This document shows, piece by piece, positions 17,655 through 24,205 of a stretch of DNA of 24,205 nucleotides. A program made the translations under genes and the position numbers. The notes under the pieces are model-generated. The model was given only the letters and a program-made list of their open reading frames with translations, did no database searches and was not told the DNA's origin. This stretch comes from a virus (lineage: Duplodnaviria > Caudoviricetes): IMG/VR virus record IMGVR_UViG_3300047279_000032, positions 1 to 24,205 of that record, one strand, 5' to 3'. Position 1 is the stretch's first letter, and every line of letters starts with the position of its first letter.

Positions 17655-17885
17655 TTAAATAGTGCAGCAGCCACAGCACGGCGCGTCGATGCACCGGCCG
17701 CGCGGGTTCCGGTGGAATACGGTCGCGCCGGTTTCACCGTAGAAAATAACGCGAGAGTCGCCCGGCTCTTCCAGCCATGCCCGGCGCGCGATAGTGTCAA
17801 ATTTAATATCATCGCCGGGGTTTATCCTGGCGCCGGACCGGCTGCAATAACCGGGGAATTTTGCGCGCATGCTTTTAATGGTCAT
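17655..17885 (-). CDS. Cys-rich early protein ending GRCIDAPCCGCC
   Basis: Start re-called at ATG 17885. AKFPGYCSRSG...I.PGD N-terminus and a C-terminal Cys cluster. Confidence 0.65.
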   Translation of the reverse strand: MTIKSMRAKFPGYCSRSGARINPGDDIKFDTIARRAWLEEPGDSRVIFYGETGATVFHRNPRGRCIDAPCCGCCTI

Positions 17886-18108
17886 ATATAACCCCATTGG
17901 CTAAAATTTTAGTTAAGTTGGCCGCCGGTACATACCGGACCGTGCCACCGTTTTCATGGGCGCGCCATGTACCCGCAAAATCAACGGCCACTACCGGACC
18001 GTCAACGGCCACCACGACGCCGCGCGCGTCGGCCGTGGCCTTGTCATGGCCCACGCGCCGAACCACGGCGCGCGCGAATGCTACCTTGTCATTTACAGAA
18101 AATTTCAT
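17875..18108 (-). CDS. Small SH3-like beta protein (77 aa, MKFSVNDKVAF...)
   Basis: GGAG SD, ATGA overlap. F.V.D.V...G.VV.V...V.V.F...NL pattern. Confidence 0.55.
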   Translation of the reverse strand: MKFSVNDKVAFARAVVRRVGHDKATADARGVVVAVDGPVVAVDFAGTWRAHENGGTVRYVPAANLTKILANGVIYDH

Positions 18109-18863
18109 GCTGCTACTCCAATTGATATAACCCGGCGCTGGTGGCCGCTTGCATGGTCCGCGATAACGATATCGCGCGCTTGCTTGCTGGTGCCAGCGCA
18201 TAATAAGCAACTGGCGCATGTTGCGCGCTTGCCACCTTCGGCGCTGGCCGGGCATGTTGTCTCGCCAGCTTGCTTATCGACGCCGATCGACACCCGAAAA
18301 ACCCGCATGCCTAACAAATTAGCATGCGCCGCGTCGTCGATAGAATCGGCGCTGGCCATGAGCAAGGGCGCCCATGCTGCATGGTCAAAATTAGGGTTTT
18401 TCCATGCATGCGAATAACCCGAATGACCGGCCACAAATTTAACCAGCGCTTGCCAATATTCGACCGGCGCCGCGAACGGGTCCCCATATGTACCGATTCT
18501 CAAGAGTAAACCGGCGATCGCGCGCGCGATAGTGTCGGCGCTGGCGCGTTCGTACCGGCCGCGCTTATATGCTTCAAAAACCGAACGGACCGAACGGCCG
18601 ACATTTACATAACAAGGCGGTTCGTCGCTTTGGCCGGTTTTGATCAAATACGGCCGGTGGCCACAATCGCCGCAAATCGACGCGTCGTCGCCGGTACGAA
18701 GCGCTTCGGTCGGCGCGATATCGGACCGGATAATAAACGTCTGCACCATGGCGCCAGTTTTCGCGTTATCGGACCCGTCGATTTTATTGACAATGACGAC
18801 GATCGGCGAACCGTCGATCATAGAAGGGCCTTCGTACAAAATATAGCCTAGGGGTTTTTTCAT
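18105..18863 (-). CDS. GP88-like / radical-SAM-like Fe-S protein
   Basis: NAKTG.M, CGDC-x14-CYV, LRIGTYGDP, GYSH, LMASAD, CPAS...CASCLLC. Confidence 0.6.
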   Translation of the reverse strand: MKKPLGYILYEGPSMIDGSPIVVIVNKIDGSDNAKTGAMVQTFIIRSDIAPTEALRTGDDASICGDCGHRPYLIKTGQSDEPPCYVNVGRSVRSVFEAYKRGRYERASADTIARAIAGLLLRIGTYGDPFAAPVEYWQALVKFVAGHSGYSHAWKNPNFDHAAWAPLLMASADSIDDAAHANLLGMRVFRVSIGVDKQAGETTCPASAEGGKRATCASCLLCAGTSKQARDIVIADHASGHQRRVISIGVAA

Positions 18864-18873
18864 GGCCAGCCCC

Positions 18874-18969
18874 TTATTTTGTTAAGACGTCAAAATAAGC
18901 CAGGGCGCCGATAAGCAATGCGCCAGCGATGATGGCCACGGCCAGTAGATCTAATAATGCTTTTTTCAT
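18874..18969 (-). CDS. 31-aa single-TM peptide MKKALLDLLAVAIIAGALLIGALAYFDVLTK, not in the ORF track
   Basis: Preceded by the repeated GTAAAGGCAAAA leader. Confidence 0.6.
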   Translation of the reverse strand: MKKALLDLLAVAIIAGALLIGALAYFDVLTK

Positions 18970-18973
18970 GTTG

Positions 18974-19293
18974 TTTTGCCTTTACTTTATTGAATTAGAT
19001 TGAAGCGGCCGCGTCGCGAAGCTGCGCCAGCATCGAACGGTCAACGGCGCCGTCATATTGATTCGCGTCATAAGACGCCATAATCTCGCGCTGGGTGAAA
19101 TAACCTAATTCCAGCACGTCCGCGCACGTTAACGCGCCGGCGCTTATGACGCCGTCAATTTGACGGTCAACGTCGACAAAAACAATGTCGCCGTTTTCTT
19201 GCAAGCTGGCCGCAATTCGCTGGCCATTGGCCGTATATTCGCGGCCGGTATTGAATTTGAGAATTGTCATTTTTTGCCTTTACTTTATTGAAT
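18974..19293. repeat. Perfect 22-bp direct repeat TTTTGCCTTTACTTTATTGAAT (18974-18995, 19272-19293); partial third copy at 19513-19530
   Basis: Read directly. Each copy contains the RBS of a minus-strand gene. Confidence 0.9.
18995..19270 (-). CDS. Hypothetical early protein (91 aa, FNTGREYTANGQRI)
   Basis: AAAGG RBS within the repeat, bracketed by the 22-bp repeats. Confidence 0.65.
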   Translation of the reverse strand: MTILKFNTGREYTANGQRIAASLQENGDIVFVDVDRQIDGVISAGALTCADVLELGYFTQREIMASYDANQYDGAVDRSMLAQLRDAAASI

Positions 19294-19322
19294 GATGGCC
19301 AGCGCGAAGCTGGCCGGTTTAA

Positions 19323-19511
19323 TTAAGCGATGAATTCGGGATGATTTGTGACGCCGAAAGCCAGGGCATGCGCGCGAAGCGCTTCGGCGCTTTTCTTAGA
19401 ACGGGCCGCGCGAATAAGCGCAGAGATAGCGCGCGCGACATAGTCAGGGCCTAAGCCAGCAGCGCTATATTTTGTAATGATTTGCAATTCGCGAATTTCA
19501 GATTTGGTCAT
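19323..19511 (-). CDS. Hypothetical early protein (62 aa), first gene of the leftward operon
   Basis: GAAAGG RBS, directly downstream of the promoter. Confidence 0.65.
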   Translation of the reverse strand: MTKSEIRELQIITKYSAAGLGPDYVARAISALIRAARSKKSAEALRAHALAFGVTNHPEFIA

Positions 19512-19563
19512 TTTTTGCCTTTCGTTTACTGTAGATTTTCCCTTTTCGCCGAAGCGAGCTTAG

Positions 19564-19591
19564 AGTGTAACAAATTCTTTTGCATTGTCAA
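19564..19591 (-). promoter_or_regulatory. Strong sigma70 early promoter (TTGACA-16-TACACT, extended -10 TG)
   Basis: Minus strand reads TTGACA atgcaaaagaatttgt TACACT, with A-rich sequence upstream. Confidence 0.8.
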
Positions 19592-19621
19592 CAACTATTT
19601 TCAATAACCCTTGCGACAATG

Positions 19622-20008
19622 TGGCTTTGGGTCTTTTGGGTCACGGTTAGGCCATGCTTTAAAAATGAATGACCCAAGGGCAAAGCGGCGCCAGCGCTAG
19701 AGAATTTGGGGTTTTAGGTCATTTGGGTCATGAAATACAAAAAACAAAATTGACAATTTTTATATAAGGGTTAATACCTATATGACTGTAAGGCGGCGCT
19801 GACACCTCGTCCGGCGCCGATTTTTGTAGCGTGACAAAATGACCCAAATGACCCAAAGCTTTAAAGCTTCGCGCGCGCCAGATCCATGCTTTTAGGTCAT
19901 TTGGGTCACGTAAAAAACAATGACCCAAATGACCCAAAGCCAGCCAGCCACTGGCGCCAGCTTGCAATTTAAAACCGTGACCCAAATGACCCAAATGACC
20001 CAAAGCCA
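19622..20008. repeat. Array of about 14 9-bp TGACCCAAA units in tandem groups of alternating orientation (putative origin or genome-end signal)
   Basis: Reverse copies at 19626, 19635, 19713, 19722, 19891, 19900. Forward copies at 19670, 19840, 19849, 19921, 19930, 19978, 19987, 19996. Confidence 0.9.
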
Positions 20009-20239
20009 TGCGGACATTTTGCCCTGGTGCATGCCGGCGCTGGCTGCAACATGTGGCATGGTGGCCGGTGGCCGCTGGCCGGTCCGCCGGCTGGCCGCTG
20101 GCAATACCCACAATGCAAATAGGGGTACCCGTAGGGCCGGCGGCACAGGGCCGGCAGAAACGTACGGCTTGTGAACAATTTTTATTTTTTAGTTTTTTGT
20201 TATAAACTCGCACCCACGTGCAAACAGCATGGAGAACAA

Positions 20240-20689
20240 ATGTTCCACTCGATTCCATTTACACCGCGCAAGGTCGAAGCGACCGAATCGCGTCTGAAGG
20301 CTGTCTATGACGCAGCCAAGCTAGGCCTCAAAGGCGACGCACTCGCATTGGCCGCAGGCATGCTCCCCACCGAATACCGACAACTCACGCAACTTGACCC
20401 CGTGGTGGAACTCGCCGCGCAAAAGGGCAAAGCAGACGCTGAGATAGAGATGGCCAACGTCCTCCGCAGTGCCGCCCTCCAAGGCGACGCTAAGTCGGCG
20501 TTAGAAGTCTTGAAGCACCAGCACGGCTGGGTGGCCAAGCAGGCTATCTCGGTTGAGGTCGACCAGCGCATTTCCATCACTGGCGCACTGGCCGAGGCGC
20601 AAAAGCGTGCCTTAGAGGCTATTGACGTGAGTGACGCCCAGATTATTGAACCATCGGTACAACATGCAATCGACCATATACAGCGCTGA
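20240..20689 (+). CDS. terS: Terminase small subunit
   Basis: Start re-called at ATG 20240 after GGAG. HTH-like N-terminus, helical, overlaps the terL start. Confidence 0.7.
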   Translation: MFHSIPFTPRKVEATESRLKAVYDAAKLGLKGDALALAAGMLPTEYRQLTQLDPVVELAAQKGKADAEIEMANVLRSAALQGDAKSALEVLKHQHGWVAKQAISVEVDQRISITGALAEAQKRALEAIDVSDAQIIEPSVQHAIDHIQR

Positions 20690-22190
20690 AGACGAACAGG
20701 AACTCATGGCGCGGCTATGGGCGCCAGCGATCAAGGACAACCCACTGGCGTTCGTCATGTTTGCGTTTCCTTGGGGCCAGCCTGGCACGCCATTGGAACA
20801 CTTCAAAGGCCCACGCAAATGGCAGCGTGAGGTACTCCAGCAGATTGCCACGCACATACAAGAGAACAAAGGCAAGGTCGACTTCAACACCTTACGGCAC
20901 GCCGTGTCTTCTGGCCGTGGTATTGGTAAGTCAGCCCTAGTCTCATGGATCACGATCTGGATGTTGTCCACAAGGATTGGCTCCACGACCATCATCTCGG
21001 CCAACTCGGAAAGCCAGCTCAGATCAGTCACATGGGCCGAGATTACCAAGTGGTTAGCGACCGCCATCAACAGCCATTGGTTTGAAGTCTCAGCCACCAG
21101 ACTGATGCCAGCCAAGTGGCTCACCGAACTGGTCGAGCGTGATCTTAAGAAAGGCACACGCTACTGGGGTGTGGAAGGCAGGCTCTGGTCAGCGGAGAAT
21201 CCTGACGCTTACGCGGGTGTCCACAACTTCGACGGTGTGCTGGTCGTGTTCGACGAGGCGTCAGGTATTGACGACAGCATCTGGGCGGTCACGTCAGGCT
21301 TCTTTACAGAGAACACGCCTAACCGCTTCTGGATGGCGTTTTCTAACCCCCGCCGCAACACGGGGTATTTCTACGAGTGCTTTAACAGCAAGCGGGAGTT
21401 TTGGTCGACCAAGGTCGTGGACGCCCGCACGGTCGAGGGGACGGATAAGCAGGTCTATCAGCAAATCATTGACGAGTATGGGCCTGAGTCATCACAGGCG
21501 CACGTTGAGGTCTACGGTCAATTCCCATCCGAAGGCGACGATCAGTTCATCTCGGCCTTGTTGGTCGATGAGGCTATGAAACGGCCCAAGTACAAGGATC
21601 TAAGCGCACCAATAGTGATCGGTGTTGACCCTGCGCGGTTCGGTGCAGACGCGACAGTCATCGCAATCAGGCAGGGGCGGGACATTATCTCCATTCAGCG
21701 GCACAGGGGCGACGACACCATGACCGTTGTTGGCCATGTGATTGAGGCGATTGAGGAATACAAGCCTGCGTTAGTGGTAATTGACGAAGGTGGGTTGGGC
21801 GCAGGCATTGTGGATCGGCTCAAGGAGCAGCGCTACAAGGTCAAGGGCATCAACTTTGGCAATAAGTCGACCAACCCCATCATGTACGGCAACAAAAGGG
21901 CTGAAATGTGGGGGAAAATGAAAGATTGGCTGAAAACAGCCTCAATTCCGCTTGACAGGTTCCTGAAAACTGATCTAATTTCGCCTATGATGAAGCCCGA
22001 CTCCAAGGGTACTATTTTCTTGGAGTCGAAAAAGGACATGAAGGCGCGCGGTTTGGCGTCGCCAGACGCGGCTGACGCGATCTGCGTGACGTTTGCCTTT
22101 GCCGTGGCCCACCGTGAGGCGCGTGAACCCACGCAGCGCCGCACATACAGTGATCGAAGCGTGGTGACTACATCTTGGATGGGATCATAA
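20664..22190 (+). CDS. terL: Terminase large subunit
   Basis: Walker A SGRGIGKS, Walker B VVFDEASG, SNP coupling motif, nuclease IGVDPARFGAD and SPDAADA. Probable ATG at 20664. Confidence 0.93.
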   Translation: MQSTIYSAEDEQELMARLWAPAIKDNPLAFVMFAFPWGQPGTPLEHFKGPRKWQREVLQQIATHIQENKGKVDFNTLRHAVSSGRGIGKSALVSWITIWMLSTRIGSTTIISANSESQLRSVTWAEITKWLATAINSHWFEVSATRLMPAKWLTELVERDLKKGTRYWGVEGRLWSAENPDAYAGVHNFDGVLVVFDEASGIDDSIWAVTSGFFTENTPNRFWMAFSNPRRNTGYFYECFNSKREFWSTKVVDARTVEGTDKQVYQQIIDEYGPESSQAHVEVYGQFPSEGDDQFISALLVDEAMKRPKYKDLSAPIVIGVDPARFGADATVIAIRQGRDIISIQRHRGDDTMTVVGHVIEAIEEYKPALVVIDEGGLGAGIVDRLKEQRYKVKGINFGNKSTNPIMYGNKRAEMWGKMKDWLKTASIPLDRFLKTDLISPMMKPDSKGTIFLESKKDMKARGLASPDAADAICVTFAFAVAHREAREPTQRRTYSDRSVVTTSWMGS

Positions 22191-22342
22191 TGGCTACCAA
22201 ACCCGGCTTGTACAGTAATATTCATGCAAAACAGGCTCGTATAGCTGCTGGCTCCAAAGAGAAAATGCGCCAGCCAGGCGACAAAGGCGCACCAACGGCC
22301 AAAGCGTTCAAAGAATCAGCTAAAACTGCGAAGAAGAAATAA
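22190..22342 (+). CDS. Basic micro-protein (50 aa, MATKPGLYSNIHAKQARI...AKTAKKK)
   Basis: TAATG coupling on both sides. Not in the ORF track. Confidence 0.65.
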   Translation: MATKPGLYSNIHAKQARIAAGSKEKMRQPGDKGAPTAKAFKESAKTAKKK

Positions 22343-22485
22343 TGCCACTCGTCAAGTCAAAATCACCCGAAGCCTTCCGCAAGAACGTCAAAGCTGAAGT
22401 GGCGGCTGGCAAGCCCGTGAAACAAGCGGTTGCGATTGCGTATTCCGTCAAGCGCGAAGCGCAGAAACCAATGAAGAAAAAATGA
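22342..22485 (+). CDS. Basic micro-protein (47 aa, MPLVKSKS...GKPVKQAVAIAYS)
   Basis: TAATG and ATGA coupling. QAVAIA motif is common in phage head modules. Confidence 0.65.
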   Translation: MPLVKSKSPEAFRKNVKAEVAAGKPVKQAVAIAYSVKREAQKPMKKK

Positions 22486-22715
22486 AAGCACTCCAAGACT
22501 GCATCATCATTGAGCGCGATGTTGAAAAACATCCCTTGTTTGTATTGCCTGCGAACTCACAGACCGAAACTGGCGTGGCCATCGCTGTCGGGCCAAAATG
22601 CCTAGACATCAAGGTCGGTGACCATGTATACTTTGGCGTAGGGCAAGAATTTAAACAAGACGGCAAGATGTATGTCGTCATGCGTGAGCCTCATATTTTA
22701 GGGGTTTTGGAATGA
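22482..22715 (+). CDS. groES: Co-chaperonin GroES (Cpn10)-like protein
   Basis: MKALQDCIII...GVAIAVGP...IKVGDHVYF...DGKMYVVMREPHILGV. Confidence 0.8.
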   Translation: MKALQDCIIIERDVEKHPLFVLPANSQTETGVAIAVGPKCLDIKVGDHVYFGVGQEFKQDGKMYVVMREPHILGVLE

Positions 22716-24205
22716 ATGATCCAACCGGAATAGTCGCAGCCGCTAACGTAGCTGCTGGCGGCAAACCACCAAAGTCTGATTCAGACATTCTGACAACCGC
22801 CCGCGCTCGGTTGGACATGGCCGTCTCCGCACTGGCCGAAAGCCGCGAAGATGAGATTGACGATCTGCGCTTTTATGCCGGAAGTCCTGACAACCATTGG
22901 CAGTGGCCCGCTGACGTACTGGCCACCCGTGGCGCGGTGCAGGGCCAGACGATCAACGCCCGCCCAACACTCACAATTAACAAACTGCCGCAGCACGTTC
23001 GTCAAGTGACGAATGACATGCGTCAGAACCGCCCAGGTGCAAAGGTCATCCCAGTTGATGACAACGCTGACGTGGAAGTGGCAGACATTTTCAACGGCAT
23101 GATTCGTCACATCGAGTACATCTCTGACGCTGACGTGGCCTACGACACCGCCTGCGAAAACCAAGTGTCTTACGGCGAGGGTTACATCACCCTGATGACC
23201 GAGTATTGTGACGAAAACACATTCGATCAGGACATCAAGATTGGCCGTGTTCGCAATTCCTTCTCGGTTTACATGGATCCGCTGATCCAAGACCCCACCG
23301 GCGCGGATGCTAAGTGGTGTTTCATCACCGAAGACCTGACAAAAGCAGAATATGAGCGCCAGTACCCCGATGCTGCGCCTATTTCGACCCTCCAGTCCCT
23401 CGGTGTAGGCGATCAGTCGATCAGCAACTGGCTGAACGAAGACACAGTTCGCATCGCTGGTTATTACTACATCGACTACGACAAAACCACGCTGAATCTC
23501 TACCCAGGCAACCAAACGGCCTTTGAAGGCACGCCTGAAGACAAGATGCTCAAGGGCATGTTCGGCAAACCCGTCAACAAGCGCATCTCTGAGCGCCCAC
23601 GGGTCAAGTATTGCAAGATAAACGGCTACGAAATCCTCGAAGAAAAAGAGTGGGCAGGCAAATGGATTCCCGTGATCCGTGTTGTTGGCAACGAATTCGA
23701 GGTTGATGGCCGTTTGTACGTGTCTGGCTTGGTACGTAACGCCAAGGATGCCCAGCGCATGTACAACTACTGGGTTTCGCAAGAAGCTGAGATGCTGGCT
23801 CTGGCTCCCAAGGCTCCGTTCATTGGCTACGGTGGCCAGTTTGAGGGCTATGAGGACAAATGGAAGACCGCCAACACGAACAACTGGCCTTACCTCGAAG
23901 TAAATCCTGACGTTACAGACGGCCAAGGTGCAGTCTTGCCACTACCCCAGCGGGCACAACCGCCAATGGCCTCCACGGGCCTATTGCAAGCCAAAGCAGG
24001 CGCATCTGAGGACATTAAGTCCACAACAGGCCAATATAACGCCAGTTTGGGCATGGGTTCCAACGAACGCTCTGGTAAAGCCATTTTGGCTCGCCAGCGT
24101 GAGGGTGATGTAGGTACTTACCACTATGGTGACAACCTGACCCGTGCCGTGCGCCATGTGGCTCGTCAGTTGGTGGACTTGATCCCCAAGATTTACGACA
24201 CACAG
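22712..24205 (+). CDS. Portal protein, P22-like, 3'-truncated
   Basis: Reading from ATG 22712: DDLRFYAG...QWP...RPTLTINKLPQHVRQV...GLVRNAKDAQRMYNYW. Absent from the ORF track because it runs off the window. Confidence 0.9.
   Translation, partial: MNDPTGIVAAANVAAGGKPPKSDSDILTTARARLDMAVSALAESREDEIDDLRFYAGSPDNHWQWPADVLATRGAVQGQTINARPTLTINKLPQHVRQVTNDMRQNRPGAKVIPVDDNADVEVADIFNGMIRHIEYISDADVAYDTACENQVSYGEGYITLMTEYCDENTFDQDIKIGRVRNSFSVYMDPLIQDPTGADAKWCFITEDLTKAEYERQYPDAAPISTLQSLGVGDQSISNWLNEDTVRIAGYYYIDYDKTTLNLYPGNQTAFEGTPEDKMLKGMFGKPVNKRISERPRVKYCKINGYEILEEKEWAGKWIPVIRVVGNEFEVDGRLYVSGLVRNAKDAQRMYNYWVSQEAEMLALAPKAPFIGYGGQFEGYEDKWKTANTNNWPYLEVNPDVTDGQGAVLPLPQRAQPPMASTGLLQAKAGASEDIKSTTGQYNASLGMGSNERSGKAILARQREGDVGTYHYGDNLTRAVRHVARQLVDLIPKIYDTQ

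Noticed and set aside
19750-19780. TTGACA at 19750 as a rightward promoter
   Set aside because: No convincing -10 at 16-18 nt spacing and no downstream gene. Treated as part of the AT-rich core.
19622-20008. Repeat array as a CRISPR array (given the Cas4-like gene)
   Set aside because: Units are 9 bp, in both orientations, with no regular unique spacers. DUF2800 is a standard phage replication-module nuclease.
19728-20258. ORFs with LGHLGH / MTQMTQ / WVIWVI repeats
   Set aside because: Translations of the 9-bp DNA repeat in several frames and on both strands. No RBS, and the region is best read as non-coding.
22781-23926. 381-aa minus-strand ORF
   Set aside because: Antisense shadow of the portal gene, with no recognisable motifs.
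1-24205. Integrase, repressor, tRNA, intron/intein or recoded stop codons
   Set aside because: None seen. Core genes are uninterrupted in the standard code and of normal length.

Overview
This window is about 24 kb of a tailed dsDNA bacteriophage with P22/APSE-like podovirus architecture and no host genes. In order it contains: the end of the virion module with three DNA-ejection proteins (1-5476, +); a membrane/lysis cassette with a 3-TM holin and M15 peptidase endolysin (5476-7288, +); a leftward operon of small ORFs, glutaredoxin, SNF2 helicase and VRR-NUC (7254-10510, -); a divergent promoter pair; a replication operon with a Cas4-like DUF2800 nuclease, SSB-like protein, family A polymerase and primase-SF3 helicase (10596-16810, +); a leftward early-like operon of small unknown genes with a GP88/radical-SAM-like protein (16859-19511, -); a non-coding array of about 14 TGACCCAAA repeats in alternating orientation (19622-20008); and terS, terL, two basic micro-ORFs, groES and a P22-like portal running off the end. 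The most unusual part is 16.9-20.2 kb, whose word usage differs sharply from the rest (CCGG about 8-fold enriched, GAG/CTC depleted, by hand count). It combines a strong sigma70 promoter, repeat-flanked gene cassettes, a Cys-rich radical-SAM-like enzyme and the repeat array, and I interpret it as a candidate first-injected, restriction-evading leader region plus origin. All family calls come from motif recognition, with no database search.
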